32,000 bases of DNA from Fidelibacterota bacterium (GCA_004124295.1 SCKI01000009.1:55325-87324), one strand, 5' to 3'; positions 8,264 to 17,636 are shown, counted from the first letter of the stretch. Notes: generated by a model not told the origin, from the letters alone. Numbers and translations: made by a program.

Positions 8264-10342
8264 CTAGGCGACAAATTCTACGGTGTTATAACCGTAGTCT
8301 CTGTGCCGTACACCTTCATTTTCAGCGGCAGCTTGCTCAGCTTCCGCCGACTGCTTGGCCGGATCTGAGGGCAGGCTTTCTTCACCATCGGAAGCCATAT
8401 CCCGTCCAGAATTGCCGACTTGTACATTCACATCACCCAGACGCATTCCCATCTGGCCCCACTCCTGCTGAAGTTGGGGAAGGGCCCGCTGCAGCTGCTG
8501 CTGCAACTCAGGCGACTCCACCACGATCTGCAGGCTGGCGCCGGCTGCGCCTTCAGAGAAAGTGAACTTCACCTTCCCCAATGCGCCGCCATTCACCTCG
8601 AATACATTCTGGCTGTGTGAACTGTTCACAAACCGGTTGTAGTGCACCACCGTCATGCGGCCCAGTGAGGCCAGGTTCGGCAGTTCCTTGGAACCGGTAT
8701 GGTTTGTCAAGGACGACATCTGGGCCAGCTGACCCGGGGCCTCGCGGCCTAACGGATCACTGGAGCCCTGCCATCCGACGTTAGCAGATTTGATGACCTG
8801 TAGATCGGGTCCATCCCCATCAGGGGCCAGGTTCCGGGCCAGGTCATTATTGGTGAGGCTATTGACAGGTTCGTGCTGCGCTCCGCCGGCCGCTGGGCCC
8901 GCTTGCGGTTGCTGCTGGGCTGGCGCCCGGGACACGCTGCGAATATCGCCACGTATCGCCAAAACGCTTCCCTCAGCAACCCTGCTGCGGCCCTGATCCT
9001 GGGCTGCATCCGCCTGAACGGCGGTGCCCTGAACCGTGGCTGGGCTGGAACGCTGCTTCAGCCTCTTGGATAGCCCGTTATTCCCCGGCTGGACTTCCGC
9101 CGAAACCTGGGCTGCAAGCTCTTGGCCTGCCGCCCCTGTGCGGACGGTTATCTGCACCGGACCCAGCGCCTGGGCAACATGTTCTGCTGCTCTGGCTGCG
9201 GGTACTGCTCCTGCTGGCGCCTTAACCACAGGCTCCAGCAAGCGTACAGGTTCCCCTGCACGATCATGCCGCGGCTGCGGTTGCGCTCCTATTCTCGCAG
9301 ACCGGCCAGCGGGCTTATTGACCGCCGCAAGCTGGCTGCCGGGCGCCGGATTCAAATCCGGAGCGGGGGCCAGGCGGGCGGATCGGCGCGCACTGGGGTC
9401 GTGGAGTTGAGAGCGATTTGCGCCTGCAGTCTGCAGGCTGGGAACATCGGGTTTAGCTGCCTGAGAACGGCCGGGTACTGCAACTGCCTGGATCGCCGTT
9501 GCGGCAGGGGCCTGGCCCCCGTCGCCTGGCGCGTCCGGCATCACGCGGGCCTGATTTTCAGGCCCCGCCGTTGCTGAGTGGGGACCTTCGATCTGACGGC
9601 CGGCGGTTGTGGCTGTCTGAAACGGCTGCGTCGGGGAGGCACTCTGCACAGGAGCGCTGGGCGCTGCTGGCGTAGAGGTTCCCCTGGCCGGTCCAGGATG
9701 GGCCACTGGTCCGGAAGCGCTTCGGCCCCCGGATTTGTTGCCTGCTGGCAGATTGTTCACCGTCCCGGCGACCTTCGCTCCGGCTACCGGCAGGGCCAAA
9801 TCGCCTTGAGAGGCGACCGGGCTACCGGACTCGGGGCTGGCGGTCAGGACGTGTACCGGGAGGTCCCCTTCCGGGGATCCGTTCTCTGGCAGGATGGAAG
9901 CGGTCTGTAATGAACCTGTCGGGTTTCCCGCCGATTTCCCCTTAAGGCCAGGGGAGAGGGCGGAAACCGCCTGCCGGGGCTCGCCAGGCTGGGCCTGTTG
10001 AGCATGCGGCATTATCAGCGGTTGTGCAGCCTCACCAATCCGTTGGCCTGATATCGGGACCGCTGGCAGCTGGGACCCGGGGCTGTTGGCCCCGCGGCCG
10101 AACACCGCCTTCAGACCCCGTAGCGCAGGCTGCCGGGATTGAGGTTGCCCCAGACCGGTTTGCTTCCCCTGCAACTGGCCCAGCACCCGGCCGAACGGCC
10201 GGCTTTGCTGTCCATCGAGCGAGAACAGACCCGCCAAAACCTGGGCCAGGGAGGCACTGCCACCCTGTTTACCCTTGGCTTTGAGGATCCCTCCGCTCCG
10301 CAGTTGGGAAGCCACCATAATCTGGGCTCCACCGCTTGTCAT
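8264..10342 (-). CDS. fliK: Flagellar hook-length control protein FliK (very long, low-complexity central region)
   Basis: The C-terminal Flg_hook-type block is GALGKVKFTFSEGAAGASLQIVVESPELQQQLQRALPQLQQEWGQMGMRLGDVNVQV. About 500 aa are P/A/G/Q-rich spacer. Position is between the ylxF-like gene and flgD. Confidence 0.8.
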   Translation of the reverse strand: MTSGGAQIMVASQLRSGGILKAKGKQGGSASLAQVLAGLFSLDGQQSRPFGRVLGQLQGKQTGLGQPQSRQPALRGLKAVFGRGANSPGSQLPAVPISGQRIGEAAQPLIMPHAQQAQPGEPRQAVSALSPGLKGKSAGNPTGSLQTASILPENGSPEGDLPVHVLTASPESGSPVASQGDLALPVAGAKVAGTVNNLPAGNKSGGRSASGPVAHPGPARGTSTPAAPSAPVQSASPTQPFQTATTAGRQIEGPHSATAGPENQARVMPDAPGDGGQAPAATAIQAVAVPGRSQAAKPDVPSLQTAGANRSQLHDPSARRSARLAPAPDLNPAPGSQLAAVNKPAGRSARIGAQPQPRHDRAGEPVRLLEPVVKAPAGAVPAARAAEHVAQALGPVQITVRTGAAGQELAAQVSAEVQPGNNGLSKRLKQRSSPATVQGTAVQADAAQDQGRSRVAEGSVLAIRGDIRSVSRAPAQQQPQAGPAAGGAQHEPVNSLTNNDLARNLAPDGDGPDLQVIKSANVGWQGSSDPLGREAPGQLAQMSSLTNHTGSKELPNLASLGRMTVVHYNRFVNSSHSQNVFEVNGGALGKVKFTFSEGAAGASLQIVVESPELQQQLQRALPQLQQEWGQMGMRLGDVNVQVGNSGRDMASDGEESLPSDPAKQSAEAEQAAAENEGVRHRDYGYNTVEFVA

Positions 10343-10355
10343 TTTGTGCTTCCTT

Positions 10356-10886
10356 TCACTTGGTGACGAGTTCGTTGGTCAGCTTTGCGGCGCGATCATC
10401 GCCCATCGCTTCCAACAGAAAACGCCGTCGTTTGTTGGATGTGTGCTTGTAAATATCCAGCACGACCCCATCGGTGAGTTGCCCCACGATGGGACTGAGC
10501 TGCTCGATATTCATGGTGGAGAAGGTTCTGGCCATCTCCTGTGCGTTCACATCCACTGCGCGCAGCTCCTCGATCGCTGCGTCCTTGTCCGTGAGACGGC
10601 TTTCCAGGGCGAGGATCGAGGCATCCCTGAAAGTGAGGACCGCCACCATGGAGTCCAGCTCGGCCTGGGCCTGAGCCAGCACAGCCATGAGGCTGTCCAC
10701 ATCACTCTGCAGAGAATCCTGCGCCATTGTCGCCATCTCAAGTTCAGTGCTTGATACCAATGTTTCTTCTGCGGCCGCCTGGGGCAGTGCTTCATCATCG
10801 GCCTGGAAAAGAAAAAGCACGATAAAGCCGACCACCAACAGGACAAAAAAGCCCACTGCCGCGCCTAACCATTTCAGGATTTTCAT
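10356..10886 (-). CDS. Membrane-anchored flagellar protein of the YlxF/FlbB/MotE type (MgtE_N-like domain)
   Basis: N-terminal TM (WLGAAVGFFVLLVVGFIVLFLF), then a coiled coil. The C-terminus MARTFSTMNIEQLSPIVGQLTDGVVLDIYKHTSNKRRRFLLEAMGDDRAAKL resembles the MgtE_N fold. Position is between fliJ and fliK, as for ylxF in Bacillus. Confidence 0.6.
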   Translation of the reverse strand: MKILKWLGAAVGFFVLLVVGFIVLFLFQADDEALPQAAAEETLVSSTELEMATMAQDSLQSDVDSLMAVLAQAQAELDSMVAVLTFRDASILALESRLTDKDAAIEELRAVDVNAQEMARTFSTMNIEQLSPIVGQLTDGVVLDIYKHTSNKRRRFLLEAMGDDRAAKLTNELVTK

Positions 10887-11353
10887 TAGCCTACTGCTCT
10901 CCCGTGACTGCTCATCAGGTAGCTGCGTGCGGCCACTTCATCCAGTGCCCGCTGATCTTTTCTATCTTCTTCCAACCGGGCAGCGCTGTTCTGATGATCT
11001 TTTAATTTTTCAAGTGTCTGTTTGGCCTGGGCCGCCTCTTCCACCAACTTGCGTTGCAGTTCCACGGCATCCCGGGACTGGCGGGCCCGATAGATGAAAT
11101 GCCCGATCTCCGCATGGAGCTGCAGGGTGTAGCGGCTACGCACCATCAATTCCTGGGGACCCAGGATGGCCGCTTTGCGTTCCTGGTCACTGGCAGTGGT
11201 GAGGAATTCTTCCTTTATCTGCTGGGTGCGGGCCAGACTCTGCAGGTTCTGGACATGGACATCTTCCCGCTGCCGCAGGGCCAGCGCCTCTATTTGCAGC
11301 AGAATCTCCTTCACATCGAGAAGCCGCTGGCGCCTGAATCCTTTACTGGCCAT
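10886..11353 (-). CDS. fliJ: Flagellar export chaperone/stalk protein FliJ
   Basis: 155 aa, charged and entirely helical/coiled-coil in composition. It lies immediately after fliI and overlaps it by 11 nt. The call is mainly positional. Confidence 0.7.
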   Translation of the reverse strand: MASKGFRRQRLLDVKEILLQIEALALRQREDVHVQNLQSLARTQQIKEEFLTTASDQERKAAILGPQELMVRSRYTLQLHAEIGHFIYRARQSRDAVELQRKLVEEAAQAKQTLEKLKDHQNSAARLEEDRKDQRALDEVAARSYLMSSHGRAVG

Positions 11354-12695
11354 CGGTGCCCGCCTCCAGTACCTGGCACAAGGCGGCCAATTCCTGCCGG
11401 GCCTGATCGAAACCCGACTGCAGGCTGCCGTCCTGTTTCAGGTAGGCATTGATGGTTTCGATTCCGGCGATGGCCGCATCGATGCGCGGGTTGCTGCCGG
11501 GGCTGTAGGCGCCGATATTGATAAGGTCTTCGGAGTCGCGATAGACCGAGAGCAGCTCGATCACCTTCTCCACATGCTTCACCTGCTCGGGTGAGGTAAT
11601 GTCGCGCCGCAGCCGGCTGACGCTTTGCAAGGCGTCGATGGCAGGGTAGTGGCCCCGGTTGGCCATATCCCGGGACAGGACAATGTGTCCGTCCAGCAGC
11701 GAGCGGGCGGCGTCGGCGATGGGATCATTCAGGTCGTCGCTTTCCACCAGCACCGTAAACAGGGCCGTAATCGCATGGTCACGGCCGGCGCCGGTGCGCT
11801 CCAGCATGCGCGGCAGCAGCGCAAACACCGAGGGCGTGTAACCCTTGGTGGTGGGCGGCTCGCCGATGGCCAGGCCGATCTCCCGCTGGGCCATGGCTAC
11901 CCGGGTCAGCGAATCCATCATCAGCATGATTTCATGGCCCTGATCGCGAAAATACTCGGCCACTGCGACCGTTACCAGGGCCGCCTTCACCCGCAGTTGC
12001 GCGGCCTGGTCAGATGTGGCCACGACGACCACCGACCGCTTCAGGGCCTCCTCGCCCAAATCGCGCTCAATAAACTCGCGCACTTCCCGGCCGCGCTCGC
12101 CGATGAGGCCAATCACGTTGATATCCGCATCGGTGTGCCGGGCAATCATGCCGATGAGAACGCTCTTGCCCACGCCGCTGCCGGAGAAAATTCCGACCCG
12201 TTGCCCGCGGCCCATCGTCAGCAGGCCATCAATGGCGCGGATGCCGGTAGAAAACGGCTCCGTGATCCGCTTCCTGACCATGGGATTAAGGGGCAGATTG
12301 TAAACCGACCGCTGGGTGGCCGTGTTAATGGGGCCTTTACCGTCAATGGGCCGGCCCATGCTGTCGATGATGCGGCCCAGCAACTGGCGGCCGACGGGCA
12401 CGGTAAGGCGCTTGGTATTGAGCGTCACCCGGCTGCCGACTGAAACCCCCATGGTGTTGTCCAGGGGCATCAGCAACATCTTGCCGCTGCGGAAACCCAT
12501 CACCTCGGCCCGGACCGGTTCGCCGCCCTCAATGTCTATCGTGCACAGGTCGCCTACCGAGCCGTTGGGCACGGTGGCCTCCACGACCAAGCCCACCACT
12601 TCGGTCACCCGGCCGTCCAGACGGTGGGTGTCAAGCACGTCGAGCTGCTCCAGGTAGCGGTTGAAATCGGGTCCGGCGTGTTCCTTCAGGGTCAT
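11343..12695 (-). CDS. fliI: Flagellum-specific ATPase FliI
   Basis: Walker A GSGVGKS in RVGIFSGSGVGKSVLIGMIARH and Walker B IMLMMDSLTR. F1/T3SS ATPase-like throughout (GERGREVREFIE, PPTTKGYTPSVF). Confidence 0.95.
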   Translation of the reverse strand: MTLKEHAGPDFNRYLEQLDVLDTHRLDGRVTEVVGLVVEATVPNGSVGDLCTIDIEGGEPVRAEVMGFRSGKMLLMPLDNTMGVSVGSRVTLNTKRLTVPVGRQLLGRIIDSMGRPIDGKGPINTATQRSVYNLPLNPMVRKRITEPFSTGIRAIDGLLTMGRGQRVGIFSGSGVGKSVLIGMIARHTDADINVIGLIGERGREVREFIERDLGEEALKRSVVVVATSDQAAQLRVKAALVTVAVAEYFRDQGHEIMLMMDSLTRVAMAQREIGLAIGEPPTTKGYTPSVFALLPRMLERTGAGRDHAITALFTVLVESDDLNDPIADAARSLLDGHIVLSRDMANRGHYPAIDALQSVSRLRRDITSPEQVKHVEKVIELLSVYRDSEDLINIGAYSPGSNPRIDAAIAGIETINAYLKQDGSLQSGFDQARQELAALCQVLEAGTDGQ

Positions 12696-13354
12696 TGCAG
12701 GTTACGCTCCAGGTTTTCCAGCTGATGCTTGAATGTGCCATCGATGACGTGCTCGGCCGTCTCGAGGATGCATTCCCCGACGCCCAACTGGGGGTCGGCG
12801 ACAAATTTCATTGATCCGGGGAACGACTGCTCCAGGGATTCGGTCACTTTGGGTGATTGAACCCACTCGAAGTTCTGCGGAGAGAGCCGGATCACCACGC
12901 TCTCAGCGTGCAGGACCTCCTTGAGGAATGCCTGCAGGGTGGCCAGCAACCCCTTGGTTTTAAGTTTGTCGGGGATGGCCAGCCGGAGGACTTTCTCGGA
13001 AATTTCGAAGCTCATGCGCAACAGGGGCTCCTCCATGTCGCTCAGGATCTGCCCGAACTCCGCCTCGAGACGGATGGCCAGCTCGCTGAATTGCTGCGCA
13101 TAAGCTTCAATCTTTTGTCTGTACTGCTCCTGTTCCGCTTTCAGGCCATCCTGAAAGCCAAGGTCAAACGACTCCTCACGGGCCTTCTGCAGTTCATCCT
13201 CCAGCAGGGCGATGCGGCTGTGCAGAGTCTCCATCTTGTGGTCATGCTCCTCCTGGACCTCTTCGGCCGAGGTGCCGGCTTCCGGCGCAGGTTCCTCACC
13301 GGGCTGCAGGAATCGCACCACGCGCCTGGGCAATTGGATCGTGCCTGTGGTCAT
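12692..13354 (-). CDS. fliH: Flagellar assembly protein FliH
   Basis: 220 aa with a central charged coiled coil and the FliH-type C-terminus VADPQLGVGECILETAEHVIDGTFKHQLENL. Position is between fliG and fliI, with a 4-nt overlap with fliI. Confidence 0.75.
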   Translation of the reverse strand: MTTGTIQLPRRVVRFLQPGEEPAPEAGTSAEEVQEEHDHKMETLHSRIALLEDELQKAREESFDLGFQDGLKAEQEQYRQKIEAYAQQFSELAIRLEAEFGQILSDMEEPLLRMSFEISEKVLRLAIPDKLKTKGLLATLQAFLKEVLHAESVVIRLSPQNFEWVQSPKVTESLEQSFPGSMKFVADPQLGVGECILETAEHVIDGTFKHQLENLERNLQ

Positions 13355-13356
13355 GG

Positions 13357-14442
13357 CTATTCAACCAGCTCGTCTTGGGATTCGCCGCGGGAGATGGCAA
13401 TTTCGCCCGCCTCGTCCAGCCTGCGGACGACCTCCAGGATCACCCCCTGGGCCTCTTCCACTTCCCTCACCCGCACCGGACCGAGGAATTCCAGCTCGTC
13501 CTTGAGCATGCCCCCGGCGCGCTCAGACATATTGTCGAAAATCTTCTCCTGAAGCTCGTCGCTGGTGGCCTTGAGTGACAAGGCCAGGGTCTTCGAATCG
13601 ACCTCCTTGATGACCTTCTGGATGCTCTCGTCGGCCAGGGTTACCAGGTCCTCGAAGAGGAACATCAGGTTGGTCACTTCCATGGCCAGTTCGGGATCAC
13701 GCTCCCTAAAATGGTCGAGAATATTTTTCTCCGCCGCCCGGCTGGCACTGTTCAGGATCTCGGCCACTGCTATCGCCCCGCCGGTGGTGCGCATGTCACC
13801 GCCGAACACATTGCCCAACTGTTCCCGGAGCACATCTTCTATTTCTTTGACCATCTCGGGGGAAGTCTTCTCCATAGTGGCCAGCCTGAAGGCGATTTCA
13901 TTCTGTAATTCTTCCGACAACAACGAAATGACCGCCGCCGCCTGTTTGGGCTTCAGGTTTGCCAGGATCAGGGCCGCCGTTTGCGGGTGCTCATCCTGCA
14001 GGAAACTGAGCAGCTGGGCGTCATCGACGGTCTGCAGCAGATAGAATGCGCTCACTTCCGTGGCCGCCTCGACCCGCTTCAGGAAATCCTCGGCCTTTTT
14101 CATGCCCCAGGCTTTTTCCAGCACCTGCTTGGCGTAGTCCATTCCGCCAGATGAGACGTACTCTCTGGCCATCATCATTTCGTAGAACTCTTCCACCACC
14201 CCCTGGACGAGTTTGGAGGTGACGTCCCGCAGTTTGGCCAGCTCCACCGAGAGCTTCTCCACTTCATCCTCAGGCAAATGCTTAAGCACCTGGGCCGCCG
14301 TGTTGACACCCACGGCAATGATCAGGATCGCCGCCTTGTGGTAAGGCGAGAGATCATCCACGGTCAACGCCTTCTTGCGGCGCGGCACCACAACAGTCGG
14401 TTTCTTTACCTTCGCTACTTGGTCTTCTTCTTCTTCAGCCAT
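13357..14442 (-). CDS. fliG: Flagellar motor switch protein FliG
   Basis: LSPYHKAAILIIAVG..., the EHPQTAALILANL block, and a C-terminal charged torque helix region (LSLKATSDELQEKIFDNMSERA...EVEEAQ). Confidence 0.93.
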   Translation of the reverse strand: MAEEEEDQVAKVKKPTVVVPRRKKALTVDDLSPYHKAAILIIAVGVNTAAQVLKHLPEDEVEKLSVELAKLRDVTSKLVQGVVEEFYEMMMAREYVSSGGMDYAKQVLEKAWGMKKAEDFLKRVEAATEVSAFYLLQTVDDAQLLSFLQDEHPQTAALILANLKPKQAAAVISLLSEELQNEIAFRLATMEKTSPEMVKEIEDVLREQLGNVFGGDMRTTGGAIAVAEILNSASRAAEKNILDHFRERDPELAMEVTNLMFLFEDLVTLADESIQKVIKEVDSKTLALSLKATSDELQEKIFDNMSERAGGMLKDELEFLGPVRVREVEEAQGVILEVVRRLDEAGEIAISRGESQDELVE

Positions 14443-14458
14443 TTTTAATCCTTCGGCA

Positions 14459-16057
14459 TTATTCTTCGGAGCCGGTAGTCCAAATTCTCAGCAGCTGGGC
14501 CGCTCCCTCCGGATTCTGTTCAGTAAAGGTGGTGACATCAGAGGTCATTTTATCCATGGCCTCGAGCTGCGCCCGGGCCTCGGGAGAAAGTTTCTGCAGG
14601 AACTCATCGGTGGCCACCTCCATCTCGCCGCGGGCTTCTATGGCGCTGGCAGCGCCGGGTATGGCAGCTATCGCGGCATCGGCGCCAACCACGACCTGCC
14701 TGATCGGTGGCGGCCGGAAAACATGCGCAATGTTCGAGGTGGTCGCACCCAGCATCCGCATCAGCAACAAGACCGTAACGATCAAGGCGCCGATGATAGC
14801 CAGATTGGTGCCAATTTTGCCATAGAACGCTTGGCGTTCCACCGATCGGACAGACGCCAGGTTGGCCAGTTCCTCTTCCCGGTTAAACTGGATATTCTGC
14901 ACCTCCACCACATCGCCGCGGTCCGCATCGGTACCCAACGCGGACGAAATAAGGGCGCTGAGCTGGTCCAGAACAATCTGGGTACGAGGCGTGTAAACCA
15001 AGATTTCGTCGCCGTTGGCATCGGTAGACAGGGCATAGCTGCCGTCCACCAGCACGGCCACGGTGAGGCGCCGGATGTCTCCGGAGGCGCGGACAAAGTG
15101 CTCCACGGTCTTGTTGAGCTCGTAGTTGGTGACGGTCTGCTCAATGTTGCGGCTGGCTGTATCGGCCCCCAGGAAACGCTCGATACTGCGCTCCTCACTC
15201 AGTATGGCCGAATTTTCGGTATCGAAAAATTCCCGGGTCTGTTCGAACTGCTCGAAGTTGAGGTCGGCAGAGACTTTCACCACCGATTTCCCCGGCCCCA
15301 GCACATCGTTGATCAAATCCTGGGCCTTTTTCTGCAGCTGCGCCTCGACCGACTGGCGAATTTCCCAGTTCAGGCTGCCCACAGGCTCCGGACCCCCGGC
15401 GGCGATGCTTTCGGTGAGGAGCTTGCCGCTGGCGTCCACAATGCTGACGTTCTCCTGTTGCAGATCGGGTACGCTGTTGGCCACCATTACGGCTATCCCC
15501 TTGATCTGCCGCCTGCGCAGCGAAGCGCCGGATTTGAGATGCAGAATGATAGCGGCGGTGGCCTCTTCGCCCCCTTCAAAGAATCTTTTCTCCGGGATCA
15601 CCAAGTGCACCCGGCTCATGCGTATTTCGTCAAGCTGGTTGATCGTGTGGGTCAGCTCGCCCTCCAAGGCCCGCTGGAAATTGACCCGCTGCATGAAGGT
15701 GGTCATACCCATGCGTTGCTCGTCAAAAAGTTCGTAGCCGGTGATGGAGCCGGTGGCCAGGCCGCTGGCTGCGAAAGTGATCCTGTACTCGGCGACCTGG
15801 TCCCTGGGAATGTGAACCGCCCTGCCCCCGGACTCCAGCCGGTAGGGTATGCCGTCGTCGCGCAGGACGGTAATCATTTCATTGGCGTCCTCGGGGGCCA
15901 GGTCGCTGTAAAGGAGGCCATACTCAGGGCGGTTCGCCCATAGCGACAGCACGACCAAAGAGCTGACCACAGCCAACAGGATGACGATCAGCGTCACCCG
16001 CTGGCCCGTGCTGAACTGCTGAAGATAGGCCCGAATCTGTTGCATTAACGGTGGCAT
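14459..16057 (-). CDS. fliF: Flagellar MS-ring protein FliF
   Basis: 532 aa. N-terminal TM (RVTLIVILLAVVSSLVVLSL), YscJ/FliF periplasmic domains (LYSDLAPEDANEMITVLRDDGIPYRLE), a second TM near residue 430, and a cytoplasmic tail. Confidence 0.93.
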   Translation of the reverse strand: MPPLMQQIRAYLQQFSTGQRVTLIVILLAVVSSLVVLSLWANRPEYGLLYSDLAPEDANEMITVLRDDGIPYRLESGGRAVHIPRDQVAEYRITFAASGLATGSITGYELFDEQRMGMTTFMQRVNFQRALEGELTHTINQLDEIRMSRVHLVIPEKRFFEGGEEATAAIILHLKSGASLRRRQIKGIAVMVANSVPDLQQENVSIVDASGKLLTESIAAGGPEPVGSLNWEIRQSVEAQLQKKAQDLINDVLGPGKSVVKVSADLNFEQFEQTREFFDTENSAILSEERSIERFLGADTASRNIEQTVTNYELNKTVEHFVRASGDIRRLTVAVLVDGSYALSTDANGDEILVYTPRTQIVLDQLSALISSALGTDADRGDVVEVQNIQFNREEELANLASVRSVERQAFYGKIGTNLAIIGALIVTVLLLMRMLGATTSNIAHVFRPPPIRQVVVGADAAIAAIPGAASAIEARGEMEVATDEFLQKLSPEARAQLEAMDKMTSDVTTFTEQNPEGAAQLLRIWTTGSEE

Positions 16058-16117
16058 TAGGCAATCCTTAAATCAATTATCCGGAATAATATTTTCTGCT
16101 CATATACCGGCTGAACC

Positions 16118-16429
16118 CTAAATGTTCATCCGGTTGATTTCCTGGTAGGCTTCCAACATTTTATTGCGGATTTCCAGCATGAGCTGGAAACTCACGTTCG
16201 CCTCTTCCAGGGCGACCATGGCATTGTGGAGATCGTCAGATTCTCCCAGCACCACGTCGATGATTTTCTTGTCCGCCGTCTGGCTGCGCTCATTCACCGA
16301 GGAAAACAGTTCCTTCATCGCATCGGCGAACGAGGTCCCCTCCGGTTTGCCGGGCTGCTGTTGCGGCTTGACGGCATCGGGTTGACCCAGAGGTGTAATG
16401 CGCGAGAGAGATTCAGGTATTTTCATCAT
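16118..16429 (-). CDS. fliE: Flagellar hook-basal body protein FliE
   Basis: 103 aa. Conserved C-terminus DLHNAMVALEEANVSFQLMLEIRNKMLEAYQEINRM. Confidence 0.88.
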   Translation of the reverse strand: MMKIPESLSRITPLGQPDAVKPQQQPGKPEGTSFADAMKELFSSVNERSQTADKKIIDVVLGESDDLHNAMVALEEANVSFQLMLEIRNKMLEAYQEINRMNI

Positions 16430-16762
16430 CTAGCCCTTCAAATCGACAAAACTGCCCCGCACCATCTGGGGCGGCGGCTGGGATCGGTATAATCTAAAGC
16501 CTGAGGCGCCATTATCATCGCCCTGATTCACAAAAAGCACCTCCAGAATATTTTTTTCCTGCGCCGATAGTATAAGGCCGCCATCGCCGCTACGCAATGC
16601 CTCAGCCACATTTTGCAGCTCGGCAGGACGACCGCCGGCGGCGACTATCCCCTCTGCCAGCTGGCTGGCTGCCGGCTGCCCGCTGGCCACCGGGGCCGGC
16701 GATTGCGGACCGGGCGTAAGCGCCTGGGTCAACTGCTGCAGGATATCGTTGCGAATCTGCAT
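16430..16762 (-). CDS. Hypothetical 110-aa protein inserted between flgC and fliE
   Basis: The ORF exactly fills the flgC-fliE interval. Its ATG is 4 nt after the flgC stop, and its TAG abuts the fliE ATG (TAGATG). It has a P/A/G/Q-rich N-half and the C-half LILSAQEKNILEVLFVNQGDD. I recognise no family. Confidence 0.5.
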   Translation of the reverse strand: MQIRNDILQQLTQALTPGPQSPAPVASGQPAASQLAEGIVAAGGRPAELQNVAEALRSGDGGLILSAQEKNILEVLFVNQGDDNGASGFRLYRSQPPPQMVRGSFVDLKG

Positions 16763-16766
16763 GCCG

Positions 16767-17252
16767 CTACAGGTCCAGCGTCCGCCGGGCCATCTGCTTG
16801 GCGGCGGCCATCACCGAAGTGTTGGCTTCATAGGAGCGGGTAGCGGTGATCATCTCCATCATCTCGTCCACCACGTTCACATCGGGCATTCTTACGTAGC
16901 CCTGGGGATTGGCCTTGGGGTGGTTGGGATCGAACACCAGCCGTTCGTTCGTGCTTTCAACAATTTTTGCCGTGGGCCAGGCCTCGCCCTGGAAGCGGGT
17001 CGATCCCTTGATGCCCCGCAGGTGGACCCGATGGGTGCGCTGCAGGTCGAGCCGTTTGCTCCGCAGCCGGGAACTGAACTGCTCCTTGAAGGACTCCGGA
17101 TCGACAGTCTTGCGGTGATAAATGGGATCGCCTTCGCCGGCCACCTGGTTGGCGTTGGCAATGTTTTCCGACACCGACTCCAGACGTTTCAGCTCACTGG
17201 TGAGGCCCCGGGATACGTGCCCGAATACACTGAATATGCCTTGCAACTTCAT
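16767..17252 (-). CDS. flgC: Flagellar basal-body rod protein FlgC
   Basis: The N-terminus LKRLESVSENIANANQ and the C-terminus YVRMPDVNVVDEMMEMITATRSYEANTSVMAAAKQMARRTLDL are canonical FlgC termini. Confidence 0.93.
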   Translation of the reverse strand: MKLQGIFSVFGHVSRGLTSELKRLESVSENIANANQVAGEGDPIYHRKTVDPESFKEQFSSRLRSKRLDLQRTHRVHLRGIKGSTRFQGEAWPTAKIVESTNERLVFDPNHPKANPQGYVRMPDVNVVDEMMEMITATRSYEANTSVMAAAKQMARRTLDL

Positions 17253-17267
17253 CTCAATCTGCTCCCT

Positions 17268-17636
17268 TTACCTGGTCCGGCCAGTGATGCTCTGAATCAG
17301 GCCCTCATACCTGCGCCGCAAAATGCGGATCGAAAAATCGTAGCGGATCTGGTTTTGGGCCAGGTCGGCCATCTCGCGGGTCAACTGGACAGGTCCCTTC
17401 TCCCAATCGGGAGCATCTGATACCACCGACTCCGGACTGATGTGCCGGGAATCGGATTTCCTTAACCGCAGCTGGCTCTCTACCTTGTTAAGATCGTCGA
17501 GGAAACGGGTCGGTTTGCGATTGTAGCCCGGCTCGTTCATCCGGGAGACATTCTCGGCTATGTTGCGATTATGCCCCATCAAAAGGTCCAGGGACCGCTT
17601 GAGCAGCAGGGTTGAAGGTGTGCTGAATATTTTCAT
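17268..17636 (-). CDS. flgB: Flagellar basal-body rod protein FlgB
   Basis: 122 aa. Contains LLKRSLDLLMGHNRNIAENVSRMNEPGYNRK (rod N-terminal motif) and the C-terminus MADLAQNQIRYDFSIRILRRRYEGLIQSI. It is the first gene of the operon. Confidence 0.9.
   Translation of the reverse strand: MKIFSTPSTLLLKRSLDLLMGHNRNIAENVSRMNEPGYNRKPTRFLDDLNKVESQLRLRKSDSRHISPESVVSDAPDWEKGPVQLTREMADLAQNQIRYDFSIRILRRRYEGLIQSITGRTR

Noticed and set aside
14375-15943. 522-aa plus-strand ORF. Similar long antisense ORFs occur at 634-1428, 11625-12443, 20808-22079, 23558-24676 and 24890-25876.
   Set aside because: Each lies fully antisense to a minus-strand gene with unmistakable family motifs (FliF, FliN, FliI, the kinase, the REC-GAF protein, FapA-like). 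Their translations are Arg/Gly/Ala/Pro-rich low-complexity strings, typical of shadow ORFs in GC-rich DNA.
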